From assembly GCF_001949145.1 (NCBI RefSeq), contig NW_019091355.1, forward strand, positions 4,909,518 through 4,973,517: a stretch of 64,000 nt of DNA. The letters run 5' to 3'. Position 1 is the first letter of the stretch. Each line of letters starts with the position of its first letter. This document shows, one piece after another, positions 12,654-25,300 of this stretch. Made by a program: the position numbers and the translations under genes. The notes under the pieces were generated by a model. The model saw nothing but the letters and a program-made list of their open reading frames with translations, had not been told where the DNA came from and did not search any database. This stretch comes from Acanthaster planci. Its lineage: Eukaryota.

Positions 12654-14129
12654 GAGCTCCGTGCTTTATGTCTATATCAGTCCCTGTCGAATTTATTATG
12701 CCTTGGATATGACATGAAAGTTTAGAGAGAAGTGAGCTGAAGCGATGCCAATTCTACTTATTTGTCAAATGTCATTTTTTTATGTCTGATGGAAAAGCTA
12801 AAGGCACGAGATATGACTGGTTTAACCCTGAATATTAAGAATGTGATACTTAACCCACCTACAGAGACTTATTAATATCTATCTAGATTTATGCCTGAAA
12901 CACAGGGACGCTGCTATCCCATGCAGTCTGCATGTGTTGTCATGCACTTTGCACTTCGCTCTAATAAGCAGCGTATGTACTTTGAGTCACACCTTTTCTG
13001 TGAAAAGTCAAAACCAGCTAACTGAAGTTTTTAAAATTACATACATTTAATCAAGTTTTGTAGAGCTGTTTTTTTTTTTAAATCACATAGAGAAATAAAT
13101 CAGTCGGGCTGAACTCCAGAAACGAGACAATTTCAAGCTCTTCTTTCACGAAACTGTTGCTGCCGTGACATTACCGCTGCACTAATGTGGATATTTACGT
13201 ACCCAGCTAGTGGCGTATCGAGCGGGGGTAGAAACTAATCATCAAAAATGATATTTTATCTTTCAAATTTTCGCACCGAAAGCCTAAGAAAACAACACCA
13301 CGAAAAAAGCAAGGATGTCGGGACTGCAAGTAAAGCTTTTGATAACTTTTCTTCCCCAACATCATGCCGAATAAGCCCGAAACCGCTGTCGCTTTTGAAG
13401 TTATGCCTCCCCGGAAACCATATTGAGACTGCAGCTGGAGATGGAGGGGGAAAAATAGAAATATGTGTACATAAAATTATACTACATTAGAATATATCAG
13501 AATATTTTGCAGGTGTATTCAACTCTTGAATTTAAAGTGCTGATTGAAAACCACATTACTTTAAACTTCCACGTACAGTAGTGAGATTAGTATTCCAATA
13601 AACGATAAAACGTTTACACTTTTTCACCAAAGTCAAGCGGGAGCCTTTAGTGTTGTTTAAAAATCCTGTTCTTAAACAAAACTCAAGAAATCGGAAATGA
13701 GACAACCGCGGAGCTGAAAACACTAAAGCTCTCTTCCCTCAGTGACAAAGGAAGACTGTGCGGAAGTTTGAAGGACGCCCCCTCCCCCCAAAAAAAAATA
13801 AATAAATAAAGATCGTATTGAATGAACGTCCGGTGCATTAATGGGACTACTGAGGTCGGAATTGGGGGCATTATACCTAAAAAGCGATATCACTGTGACA
13901 TGTGTCAGTAGAAGCCATAATGATTGTACTCCACTTAAGCACAATCCTACAGGTGGATAAGGTACAGACTCAAAAAAAAAATTAACCCATCACCATAAAG
14001 TGCATTTATTCCATGGAACAGTCATTATTTTCAGACTTTCCATCAAACTTAAAAAGAGGTCTTCTTTTTTTTAATAAGAACGCTTTTTTAGTTTTTCCCC
14101 ATCTCACAAGTGCAGCATAACTTACGAGC

Positions 14130-14274
14130 ATGACTAGGCAGAATTGAGGTCAGAGAGTAACCTTATGTTGAAACCAGCATTGATATGCATGTATATCGCC
14201 ATTATGCAAGGCCTGTTATTGTTGAATCGACAGAGAATGTGGTCATTGAAAGTATAAAGAAAAACATTGTTTAC
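14130..14274 (+). promoter_or_regulatory. GST copy 3 proximal promoter: ARE-like ATGACTAGGCA (14130-14140) and FOXO-type TTGTTTAC (14267-14274)
   Basis: Both are consensus matches 160-300 bp upstream of the ATG, and both are retained in the paralogous block at 4294-4413. Confidence 0.5.
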
Positions 14275-14432
14275 GTAGCGGCTTTGGCGCTCAGTCTTAT
14301 AGGGCAGCGTTGTGTGTGGCTACACATTCCAGCTCCGCAGCAGCAACTGCCTCTGCATAGGACATACCACAAGGTGCTATATGGCCCTATCCTAGTCATT
14401 ATCCCATTTTGCGATCTCGCCCATATTTCAAG

Positions 14433-17400
14433 ATGCCTTCTTATAAAGTGGTGTATGGCAACAATCGTGGCTTAGCCGAGCCCACCCGCATGCTGCTGGC
14501 TTGTGCTGGCCAGGAGTTTGAAGATGTTCGCTACACATCCGAAGAATGGCAGAACCACAAAGCTGGTAAGGTGATTGGGATAAACGGGAGAAAGTGTTTG
14601 TAACAATTGATTAGATGATACCTTTGGGCGAGAGGTGAAGAAAGTCACGTCAAGCCCACCCTTGGGGCACTGAAAACTAGCAGTAAAAATTTGGGGCGCT
14701 TTTCAGTTGAGAAAGATATTCTCAGGCCACAACCTACAATCCTGGACAAATTTCGTTGGAACATGCCTCCCCCTCGCCCCCTGTCAATGTTGCTTCTCAT
14801 TGGGTAAGTTGGGCCGAATCTTTGTCCAATAAATGAATGCAACATTGAATGGGGGAGAGGGGAATCTTTGCAACGCCCTTCCCAGAAGGTGTTCCAACTA
14901 TTTTATCCAGGACAGTCTTAGTTTCTGAGTGGACAGTGGGTGTCATGAGTGTGGGTCTGTGTCACATGCGAGGGCTGGGGTTTGCCGCGTTGCTGTTTTG
15001 GGGCGCTGCCGTATGATGCAGTAAGCATTACATGGTTATGGAAAGGAATAAATAATGACTATTATAGGCAAGGTGTGGTAATATGTTCTGTCAGGAGCAT
15101 AATCCCCTCCCAAAAAAGTATATGGATGTACATAGTTATTTAATTGTTAGTGATACAGAAGCTATGGGTTATGATCACCCATCGGTACAGGATTATTTTC
15201 AGTGGAAGGGTCCATAGTCAATTTGCACGAATGGGATTGCTGCTCGCAAGTATGAACAACAAGCGGCAGGTTGGCCACTGAAAATGGGATGAGGTAGGCG
15301 CATCGTGAACGGTGCACCACAGAATTTCAGCACACATCTCTCTTAAACGAAGTTTTGTATTCGGTCTGAAGGGCTAAATGGCTACATAATGAGTACGCAA
15401 TTCTGTCCGACCTCTTTTCACTTTCTGATTGGGTCTCAGATGAAACATTGCAACGGTGAACCATGAAAAAATAAATGAAAAAGGATGTGAGTAAATCTCC
15501 TTTTTCAGTTGAGGTGGTGTACCGTTGCGGTTGTTATCACGTGCACACGTGCAGCATTTTCAAAGAGCGGGATGTACGCGCTCCCTATCCCGTTCGTAAA
15601 GTGACTTCGTCACAAAGGCGGACGTGCCACGACTTGCAGGCTCCCATTGGACGATCGCAGAAGCTGTGCGTCAACTTCGGGTTCCATAGCTCAGTGCAAC
15701 TACTGGCGATCAGTGTATGTAACCCCTCGATCTCCATTATATCTGCTCCGAGCATGAATAAAAGAGGGCGTGTTTTGAAATGAAATCGACAGTCCTTTAG
15801 TACTCACGCACGGCATAGGTTCGCAAGTTTATGTGCGTTGACGCAGAGCACGCTGAGTGCGCGCAACGATTTTTAATAGAGTACCGAAGTGTGACGTCAC
15901 TGTGAACCAGGGGCCGAGTTCGGGCGGCTTGTTCCCGTATGTTCACGAACAGCTCGATTTGTTGTTCGTGGGTCGGCCGCTCCAACGCCGGGAACAAACA
16001 ACCGTTTATCGCTGGTAGTTAGTGACAAGCAACATGTAGCATTGCGGCGTCCATATAAGGTACGTTATTCGAGAGTTAATGTTTGGATGGGCTGAATTCT
16101 TTTCTATATACAGGAACATTCATTTCTATGTTACGGAAAATAATTAATGTCAATTTTGCAAAACTTCCCGTTGTCTATGGCTTTGGCCGTCTCTCTATTT
16201 TTTCCAGCTGTTCAAAAGTCCAAATCTCACGAGTTCTCCTGTGCCTTCCTGTAAAACCCTGACGAGGAGGTGGTGTGTTATCCTGTTCCGAGAACAGTGT
16301 TCTTGAGTCGTGTTCCCGCCGTTTGAGCGCGAGAACAAGAAACCCGTGTCAAGAACAGGCCGCCCGAACTCGACCAGAGAGTGCAGTGCAAACGGTACGC
16401 GCGCGTGTTGGTTCACGCGCTGGTTCGCGGGCTGGTCCGCGCGCTCGTGCCTTTTACGCACTAATTGTGCGTGTGACGTATTCACTTCGGTACTCTATTA
16501 TACGAGCACGCCGAACGCGNNNNNNNNNNNNNNNNNNNNNNNNNNNNNNNNNNNNNNNNNNNNNNNNNNNNNNNNNNNNNNNNNNNNNNNNNNNNNNNNN
16601 NNNNNNNNNNNNNNNNNNNNNNNNNNNNNNNNNNNNNNNNNNNNNNNNNNNNNNNNNNNNNNNNNNNNNNNNNNNNNNNNNNNNNNNNNNNNNNNNNNNN
16701 NNNNNNNNNNNNNNNNNNNNNNNNNNNNNNNNNNNNNNNNNNNNNNNNNNNNNNNNNNNNNNNNNNNNNNNNNNNNNNNNNNNNNNNNNNNNNNNNNNNN
16801 NNNNNNNNNNNNNNNNNNNNNNNNNNNNNNNNNNNNNNNNNNNNNNNNNNNNNNNNNNNNNNNNNNNNNNNNNNNNNNNNNNNNNNNNNNNNNNNNNNNN
16901 NNNNNNNNNNNNNNNNNNNNNNNNNNNNNNNNNNNNNNNNNNNNNNNNNNNNNNNNNNNNNNNNNNNNNNNNNNNNNNNNNNNNNNNNNNNNNNNNNNNN
17001 NNNNNNNNNNNNNNNNNNNTTTGCTATAGGATCGAATACAGTGAGCTAAAGGATTGTATGCTGATTTCTTTTAATCATTTCCGAACATTGCGACAGTTAA
17101 ACCAATCCCAACCGTCTTGGGTCCATTTCCTCTCGGTGATCTCAGTAAAAAACTGTCGGGCGTACAATGTTTATTATCGGAGATTCAATAGAAAGAGATC
17201 CAGGAGTGGCACAGTCGGGCAGCATTCGCCTTCCTATTTTATTGATGGAAATACATTTTCATTTGTTATAACATCGAATTTTGTTGGCTTTCAACTGCAG
17301 AGTAATTTGATATTTTCAAAGAAAAATTCTCACAAAAAATACGTCCCATATCTTCTTGGGTTACCCCAAAAAGTTGCCACAAAAGTGTTGCATTTTGCCG

Positions 17401-20400
17401 CTCCTTTTCTTGAATGTGAATGTTTGATCCATCACTTACTCTAGTCAGACAGGTCTGCCCGAAAAATACCAGCAGGAAAATAACGAAATGAAAACGAAAG
17501 AATGGAACAATCCCTAGTTCCTGGAATTTCAACAACAGAAAACGACATCGAGATTGCAATGGATGTCAAATCAGTATTAGCTTTGGTTTTTACCCCTTGT
17601 CGCCTGAAAAGGCGCTTAGGTCATCCTGTCCCCCCCCCCACACACACACGGTAACCCACGTTAGACTTAATTTTGAACAGGCTGACTGAAACTTAATGTT
17701 GTCATTCAATTAATCCGTGCCTTATTGGCCACAAGTTTAATATCAGAATTCGGAGTTACAAAAATGGCATAGTCAAGTAGCTCCAGTTTCAAACTCAATA
17801 CTTCCAAAATGTACCTGTTATTTCAAACAGGTTTGTATGGGTAGTTCAGTAACGCCCCCTGGGGGGATGAGGGCATAAAACCAGACCCCTCCCCTAAACA
17901 CGACTGACATACAGGGAAATGTCAAAGTGATCATAATCTCACAAAACATGCAGTTTTACTATTTAGTTCCTGAATGCCACACACACTGGATACCTATGTA
18001 ATATGTAACACAAAGCTTGAGGGCGCTATTTCAAATTAATGTGGGAGAAGCACAGTCGTAACAGGACGCATTTCACCAAATGGTTGGAATTCTGCGCTCA
18101 AGCTTGAAGTAATTTGTGAACCCTCGGGTTTTTTTACAATAAGACATGCCATAATCAAGAGGGATCATAGAAATACTTCTATAGATCCCGAATTTTGGAC
18201 TGGTAGTTTCCAAGTCCGGATACTTCTTGTACAAAATTGCGGGCCCATTTTGGATAGAGGCGGGCGGCTACCTCCATTTTGAAAGTAGACGCAACGAAAT
18301 TCGCAACGCTCGTCATTTACCCTCCTGAAGATACGCATACGCGGGACGCGTTTGGACGCAATGTCCTATCTAGTCTATATACTGGAGATCAATGCATGCA
18401 ACCCTATGTGCAGTGCCCGTGTACAGTGGGCATGGTTAAAACTGAAGTAACGTCACACTTAATTACGAACCGGATAATAGGATAAGGCGGACTTCTTAGA
18501 GACAATCCTGGACAAATGTGGTTGGAACATGCCTCCCCCTGCCCCCTGTCAATGTTGCTTCTCATTGTGTTAGTTGGGCCGAATCTTGGTCCAATAAAAT
18601 GAACGCAACATTGAATGGGGGAGAGGGGGGGGGGTCTCTGCAACGCGCGTCCCACGAGGTGTTCCAACTATTTTGTCCAGGATTGTAGATTCCAAAAACT
18701 TTGATATAAGTGAATTAAGGTTTGCATCATGTGGTGTAAAGGTTTCTTTCTCATGCGCCTGAGGCTTCAGAATTGTTCAATAAGTGCCATAATAAGTCGA
18801 TGTTACTGATCCCCAATCTCGAGGAGTTTTGTTAATTCTATGGAGATCCAGATTTTCTTAAGAATTTGCATGTATAGTGCTGTCCTTGCCTTACCTTTTC
18901 TTGCAGTGACATCATTCTATAGTTCATCCGTGTCTCCACGCCTGAAAAGACTACTTCAAACGGCTTCTCTGCTTGTATTGCCATTTTATGCATTGTTGAT
19001 CCCGTAGGCACGGGTGTCGCTTGAGGGGGTGTCGGGGGATGTCATCCCCCATTAGTTTGTTTTGTCAGAAAAATCATGGTCTGTCGGCAAAATAAAAAAC
19101 GTCAGGTAGGTGTCGGGCTAGGGAATCGGACTACAGTAAACTTTTGCGAGACGGTCCGTCGGCAAATTTCATGTGGCAACCCCCCCCATTCAAAATGGTC
19201 TAGCGACGCCCGTGCCTGTAGACCTACGACTTCTTCAAATTAGCTGTGCCTCGTCTGGGCTGCCGCTTGATAATTTTGACCAATCTCGCATCTGATTGCG
19301 AGTGTATCATAGCCTATGTGATAGAAACACGGAGGTCACCTGTAGAGTCAAGGTCGTCATGTTGCTTGGAGCCAGGGAATCCTCTGTAATTCATTTCTCT
19401 TACACTTCGTAAAGTATTTAGTCGTGATCAAGCCAGTCACAAGCAAAGAATGGGTAATTCGGGTCATCCTTGTTTAACTCCAACGTTAACCTCAAAATTA
19501 TCCAACCTCCATCCCGTAAAATGCAGTCCCGGCTTTATATACACATCAATCTCTAACAATGTGCTCTTCATCCAACATGAAGTTCCGTGGGATTCCGTAC
19601 TGTCTCCATAGATTCCGTATATTTTCCTTCTCAACATCTCGTTCAGTTTTCAACATGTTCAAGCTAACACAAAAATCGAAAGATTCCTCTTTTCCAGCAT
19701 TCGTAGAGAATGCAAATGAAACTATAGGCCTACACATTTCAAGGTAGGGAAAGTAGGCAAACTAACCTCAATGAATTTGAAAAGCATCGTTTCATAATTG
19801 ACAAAGCGGAGCCGGTTATGTCAACTTCCAGTATGCATAACTAGCTTCCACTTCCTGGATGACCCTGGAAGGTTTGACAGCGTTGTGAATGTGCTTTCTC
19901 CTCGAAATTGTTTCTCGGCAGAGGCTCCCATGCAGCAGAGGCCGTACATGGAGGTGGACGGTAAGAAAATTCCTCAGAGCCGGGCCATGCACGGCTTCGT
20001 GGCCAGGGAGTTTGGTAAGTTTTCAAGCTGGTTGCCCGTCATTGAAGAAAGAAACTATACAATGGATCATTTTTGGTTCCATTCAATACCTCAGCGCATT
20101 ATGTAACTTGCTTCTGTCTTTATTTTATGTAGGTTTAAACGGTTCCAACAACGAGGAAACAACCAAAATTGACGTCATCATCGCTACTCTTGAAGATGTT
20201 CGACTCTCAGTCGGAAGAGTCGTGTTTTATGAAAAGGACGAAGACAAGAAGGTAAATCCATGCCATCGTCGGTAAGAGTTGCACTCCGCAAAACCGTTGA
20301 CGCTACCAAGAGGATAGGAATTTCATCTTGTGAATAAAAAAACAATTGCATCTTTTCTTTTAGAAAGAAAAGGTGTTGGAACTCTACGCACAGACTGTTC

Positions 20401-21145
20401 CTAAGTCATTCGCCGCGCTTGAGAAGATGCTGGTAGCCAACAACGGTGGTGATGGCTTCTTCGTTGGTTCCAAGGTAAGCGTCTCCATTCATGCAGTTTA
20501 GCACAAATCACAGAAACTCCCTTGAGGCCCCACGCCTTATCTCAAACGTACGCTTTGCCGTACATTGTTAATTTCCCGCGGTTTGTCGCGAAGAGTTTCG
20601 ACAATGACGCCAAACGGGTAACAACTTCACCCTTGCCACTCAACTACGTAGGCCCACAAAGCAACATTAATTTTGGTATGCGCGATATTGATTCTGGAGG
20701 AATAAAACATTTTGTGTGTCTCCTGGGCAGTTGTTTGGAAATAAAAACTCCTCTTGTATATACATGTTGCTAGATAGGCTAGTACTGTAGTTGGAATACG
20801 TAGCAATTCAGCTGATTATGAATTCAGGGTGTCAAATCGCATTTAAGAAATAAATATTAAGGCATATATCAAATTCTAATCTCAAAATTAAACACAGTGT
20901 TAGTATGACATTTAATTCCTGTTATGAACTACTTCCTGCAACTACTTTTTTCGTTTATCCCACAGATCTCTCGCGCCGACATCTTTTTCTACGTCTCCAT
21001 GGAATTCATGGCAGCGGTTCAGCAGGACTTCCCGGTCCAGGACGAGGTCAGGAAGTCCCCTAAACTGGCAGCCTTGATGGAACGTGTTGCCAAGGAACCT
21101 AATATCGCTGCCTATTTGGCTAAGCGTCCGCAAACGAAATGGTAA
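14433..21145 (+). CDS. Sigma-class glutathione S-transferase, copy 3 (211 aa)
   Basis: Exons 14433-14565, 19922-20014, 20133-20251, 20364-20474, 20966-21145 (636 nt, open frame). Intron 1 is 5.4 kb and spans an N gap, so the exon 1-exon 2 link is assumed. Confidence 0.88.
14737..14916. mobile_element. MITE (copy A) in GST3 intron 1
   Basis: TA-CAATCCTGGACAAA..GTTGGAACA ... TGTTCCAACTATTTTATCCAGGA; highly similar to 18502-18686. Confidence 0.8.
15870..16505. repeat. Inverted-repeat (foldback/MITE-like) element running into the assembly gap
   Basis: TAATAGAGTACCGAAGTG..GAGTTCGGGCGGC.TGTTC (about 15874-15935) pairs with GAACAGGCCGCCCGAACTCG...CACTTCGGTACTCTATTA (about 16353-16500). Confidence 0.65.
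18502..18686. mobile_element. MITE (copy B) in GST3 intron 1
   Basis: TIRs ACAATCCTGGACAAA..GTTGGAACA / TGTTCCAAC..TTTGTCCAGGATTGT, followed by TA. Confidence 0.85.
19009..19214. mobile_element. hAT-like MITE
   Basis: TIRs CACGGGTGTCGCT / AGCGACGCCCGTG, flanked by an imperfect 8-bp duplication CCCGTAGG / CCTGTAGA. Confidence 0.7.
19465..19625 (-). mobile_element. Decayed reverse-transcriptase fragment, RTE-clade-like LINE
   Basis: The minus strand reads LWRQYGIP and, after a frameshift, DNFEVNVGVKQG*. These match the LW..YG.P and GV.QG reverse-transcriptase motifs. Confidence 0.65.
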
Positions 21146-21642
21146 AATTGAGGGGGGAACCACGACAAAAAATCGCTCGGCTACTGGGGCGAAAGAGGCT
21201 TGTGGAGTAATTTTAGTTCGTGTTGATTTTGATTAGGAAGTGCTAACTTGCTACAGAACATGTACATGTATTGGAATCCTCAAGCAAGGTGACCTAGGGT
21301 ACCAGATCGAATTTTCGGTTTATCCCATTTTTGAAACACTAATGGAAAAACACAGTCCGCACAAAAGCCATTGTCAAGGGTTAACTTGAAGTGATCTTCT
21401 GATGATTACACACAGGACCATTCTCTGTATTTGTTAAATACATGTATTCCAACTTCAGGATTATTTGGCGATCTATAATTGTTCAAGGCAAAGCATAAAA
21501 CAAGGATGTTTATGGTAACAAACCCCAAACAGCCACTACCACGATTGGAAGGGTGCTGCTTTACTGTCTGGAAAATTCAAATGTACTTAAACTTTCTTCT
21601 TTTCGTATGTTTTTAGCGTGTCTGTGTTTTAGTTTGCAAGTA

Positions 21643-21891
21643 GGGCCCAAATTCACGGCACTGCTCACTGCAAGCGAAAAATCGGTGTTGACCATGGCCA
21701 AAAATTCTGTGCTTACGGCCAACGCATTTTCACGGGTTAGCGCGGAAGTCTGGCTTGTGCGCATGCATACATCCCGTAACTGAGGATTCTGTGCTAAGGT
21801 TAGCGCAGAATTTTTCTGCCAGCGCAGTTAGGCCAGAATGGAGATCGTAAGCGCAGAATTCTGTAGTAAGTAGCGCCATGAAATTGGGCCC
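21643..21891. mobile_element. PIF/Harbinger-like MITE
   Basis: TIRs GGGCCCAAATTCACGGCACTGCTCACT / AGTAAGTAGCGCCATGAAATTGGGCCC, with internal GCACAGAA/TTCTGTGC subrepeats. Confidence 0.75.
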
Positions 21892-22303
21892 AGTTATATT
21901 TGGGGAATGACATTAACACTGAAACAGACAGAGCTAGACCAGAAGTGGCGTAAATTTATAATGAAAACTGGGGGATAGGGAATTGGGGGGGGGGAAGGAT
22001 TTGCCCGGCCATTGAAAGGCGGTTGGGGTGACACCATAATCATATGAATAGAAGTACTGTAAACCATCAGATGTCCAACCAACCTCCCTAATTAGTCACA
22101 TAAAAGAAATGAAGTAAAAACACGTTTTTTCTTTCGATAAGCAATTGGCTTCTTTATTCACCTTCTGTACATTTCACAATGACCAGCTGTGCATACAGTG
22201 ATTCACCTTTGACCCCAGCGTAACCCTAGTTGACCCACGCAGATGACCCTTGGGAGCGTAGCCTACGGTCTCGAGACCCATCGGCCGAAAATCAGCAACC
22301 TCA

Positions 22304-25300
22304 TTACTGTATAGAAAAGCAGAGACAATAAAACTTAAATCAATAGGAGCAATTCACAAATGGCAAGCAACCAAGCACTTGCCTTCAAGAGGGAGGTTCA
22401 AATGTTATGGTCGACTCCTGCGTGCATTGTTCTGTCCTGCAGGTTATTATTGCATCTTCAAGAGCTAGCCTGACTGACTGCGCAGACACAATGTGAAGCC
22501 TCATCAATAAGCACACACAAAAAGCTTACCCCAAAATTTATTGGTCGACAATGAAAGGTCAGAAATTGGAACACCCGTTTTACGAGTGTGTAGCAAAACA
22601 ATCAGCCATGCAGGAAAAAGTAAAATATATGTACACATACCTGCCATTTTGATGCAGCNNNNNNNNNNNNNNNNNNNNNNNNNNNNNNNNNNNNNNNNNN
22701 NNNNNNNNNNNNNNNNNNNNNNNNNNNNNNNNNNNNNNNNNNNNNNNNNNNNNNNNNNNNNNNNNNNNNNNNNNNNNNNNNNNNNNNNNNNNNNNNNNNN
22801 NNNNNNNNNNNNNNNNNNNNNNNNNNNNNNNNNNNNNNNNNNNNNNNNNNNNNNNNNNNNNNNNNNNNNNNNNNNNNNNNNNNNNNNNNNNNNNNNNNNN
22901 NNNNNNNNNNNNNNNNNNNNNNNNNNNNNNNNNNNNNNNNNNNNNNNNNNNNNNNNNNNNNNNNNNNNNNNNNNNNNNNNNNNNNNNNNNNNNNNNNNNN
23001 NNNNNNNNNNNNNNNNNNNNNNNNNNNNNNNNNNNNNNNNNNNNNTCTTTTTCCATAAACAGCACCCTCTTTTGCCAGGACTTTTTTCTCTTTATGGATT
23101 TTGGAATATACCCATTTCTTTTGCGGTCTGAAAGCTTACAAATTTGCCCAGCTCCAATTAAATCAGAACAGTTGGCAGGTTTACCTTACCCTCTTGCAAC
23201 CAAAACCCAGTAAGTCTTTGTTCATTACAATGAACTGCTTTAGGCAAGTTAAGGTGCAAACTATTGTTCAACTACTGGTCAGTGGCTTTGTTATTGTGCT
23301 CACCAACCATTTTGTGAAATCTTGTTGTCACTCAAATTTTACTGTTAACTTCAACTCTCACAGCATTCATGGTCAATGACATCCTGTTCATTTATTTCCA
23401 TATGAATGGTTTCCTCAGCACTGATAAATAAAATCAGCTATTGATAACCAGCAGTGTCACAATGCCACAAGGGCGGCCTGGTTCCCTGAGCAACGTTGGT
23501 CAAAGTATGGTTTATTATCGCCAACACTCCAATTTTGCCCTTAGTTGATCCAATTTTCCCAAGTAAACATTCTTCACAACACAACCTGAGTGTCAGTATC
23601 GTGCCTTGTTCTGAAAACAGATTTTGTCTCTGAAAGTTAAACTTCAATTCGGTATAACGGTTCAACTGTTTATCGATAGGCCATGTCAAAGATGCTACAA
23701 TACTGCAGCGAGATCGCTATCTTCTGTAAATCTGTCTGGATGTGGGTTTTGATAAAACTGCGGATCGTCAATTCTTTGGCATGCTTTACAAATTGAGGTG
23801 GGTGAGCCTCGCTACCAGACAATTCAGACTCACCTTCTTGCCGGCGGACACCTTGCTCTTAGCTGTTCCCCGCACCTTCTTTTGTCTGTTCTTGCGTTCT
23901 TTGCGCTGCTTCCTGGAGGGGCGTTTCCGTTCATACAGGCCTTGCTGCAAACGAGAAAAAGAAAGTGCGACCGAGATAACCAATTAATTAAAACTGGTGA
24001 GGGGCAAATGCTAATGCAGCAAAAAAGCCACATCATTTCATTCAGAAAAAAAATTTCGCCCCTGGTTAAGTTTACCTGCTGCCCAGGTCACACTTTGTGT
24101 AAATGCATATATAGTACAAATTTAATTCTGTATCCTATTTACAGTGAACGTTATCAACACTGACGTGTTCAATACTTGCCCATGATGTAACAAATATTGA
24201 TCACACTTTGCCCATGCACATATTCTGAACCAGCCTGAAGGCTTTACAAAGAATGAGTTATGACTGATGAAGGTGTAAGGTCCATTCCCAGCCGGGCTTT
24301 TAACCCACCCCCCCCATCTTTTCAAATGTGGAAGTAGAGAGGATGATCCCCCAGCTTAGATGTATCCACTCAGTCTTATTGATTTCTTTTTTGGCAAACA
24401 ACATGCAAAGCGTTGCTTCATACATACAGCGTCATTAAAAAGACACCCAAAAGTAGTGTTTATTACACACAATCCTGTTGGATTGGCCATTTTTTATGGT
24501 TATAAATCACACCCAAGTCTGCAGACGACAGTTTTTTCGCACTATACTTCTTTTACACAAATCTACCTGAAACCTTCTTGAAACTTCCAAAATCTAAAAC
24601 GTTCAGGTGCAAGTACATTATTACAAAAAAGGTCAACTACACAGTATAGTATCAAATTCCTCCAAATAATGCCGATCTGGGTGTCAATTTTGATGGATTT
24701 CAAGAGTTCTGAATAAAAGGCCACATCTTTAACTTGGATACCTTTTAAAATCATATGAAACCCTGTAACAAGTTGCAACAGCCCTAACATTCCATGAACA
24801 CTGGTGAGTCCACAAACCTGCATCAATTTTTGTGCCATACCACAAACAATTGCCAAAAAAAAAATACGACAGCATTCGTTCACAGGGGCGAGAGATAAGG
24901 TAAGCCTAAGGTATTTGTATGAGAAAGTGTATTGATATGATGAAGATTAATTAAAGGCTTATTTTCGGTTTGCGTACAGCACACACTGGCTTGAACCCCC
25001 TCTGTAAGCATGGTGTAGGCAATGGCACCAACCCCCCCCCTTTCATGCATACAGACTTTACAGTCGGCCCCAAAGTACACAACACATACAACATCCGGCA
25101 ATTCTGAACACTGTCTTTCTCCAAGACAGCTTCTCTTAACCAAACATCATACCACGGTTGCGGCTGCTGTTATGAAATAATCTGTGTGAAATGGCTCGCC
25201 CCCTCAAGAATTATGGGCCCCGAGCTACAGAGGCTCCTCTGGTCGGAACTGCACTTGGCTAGTTCACAAACGAAATGCACGTGTTATGGTCATATCGCCA

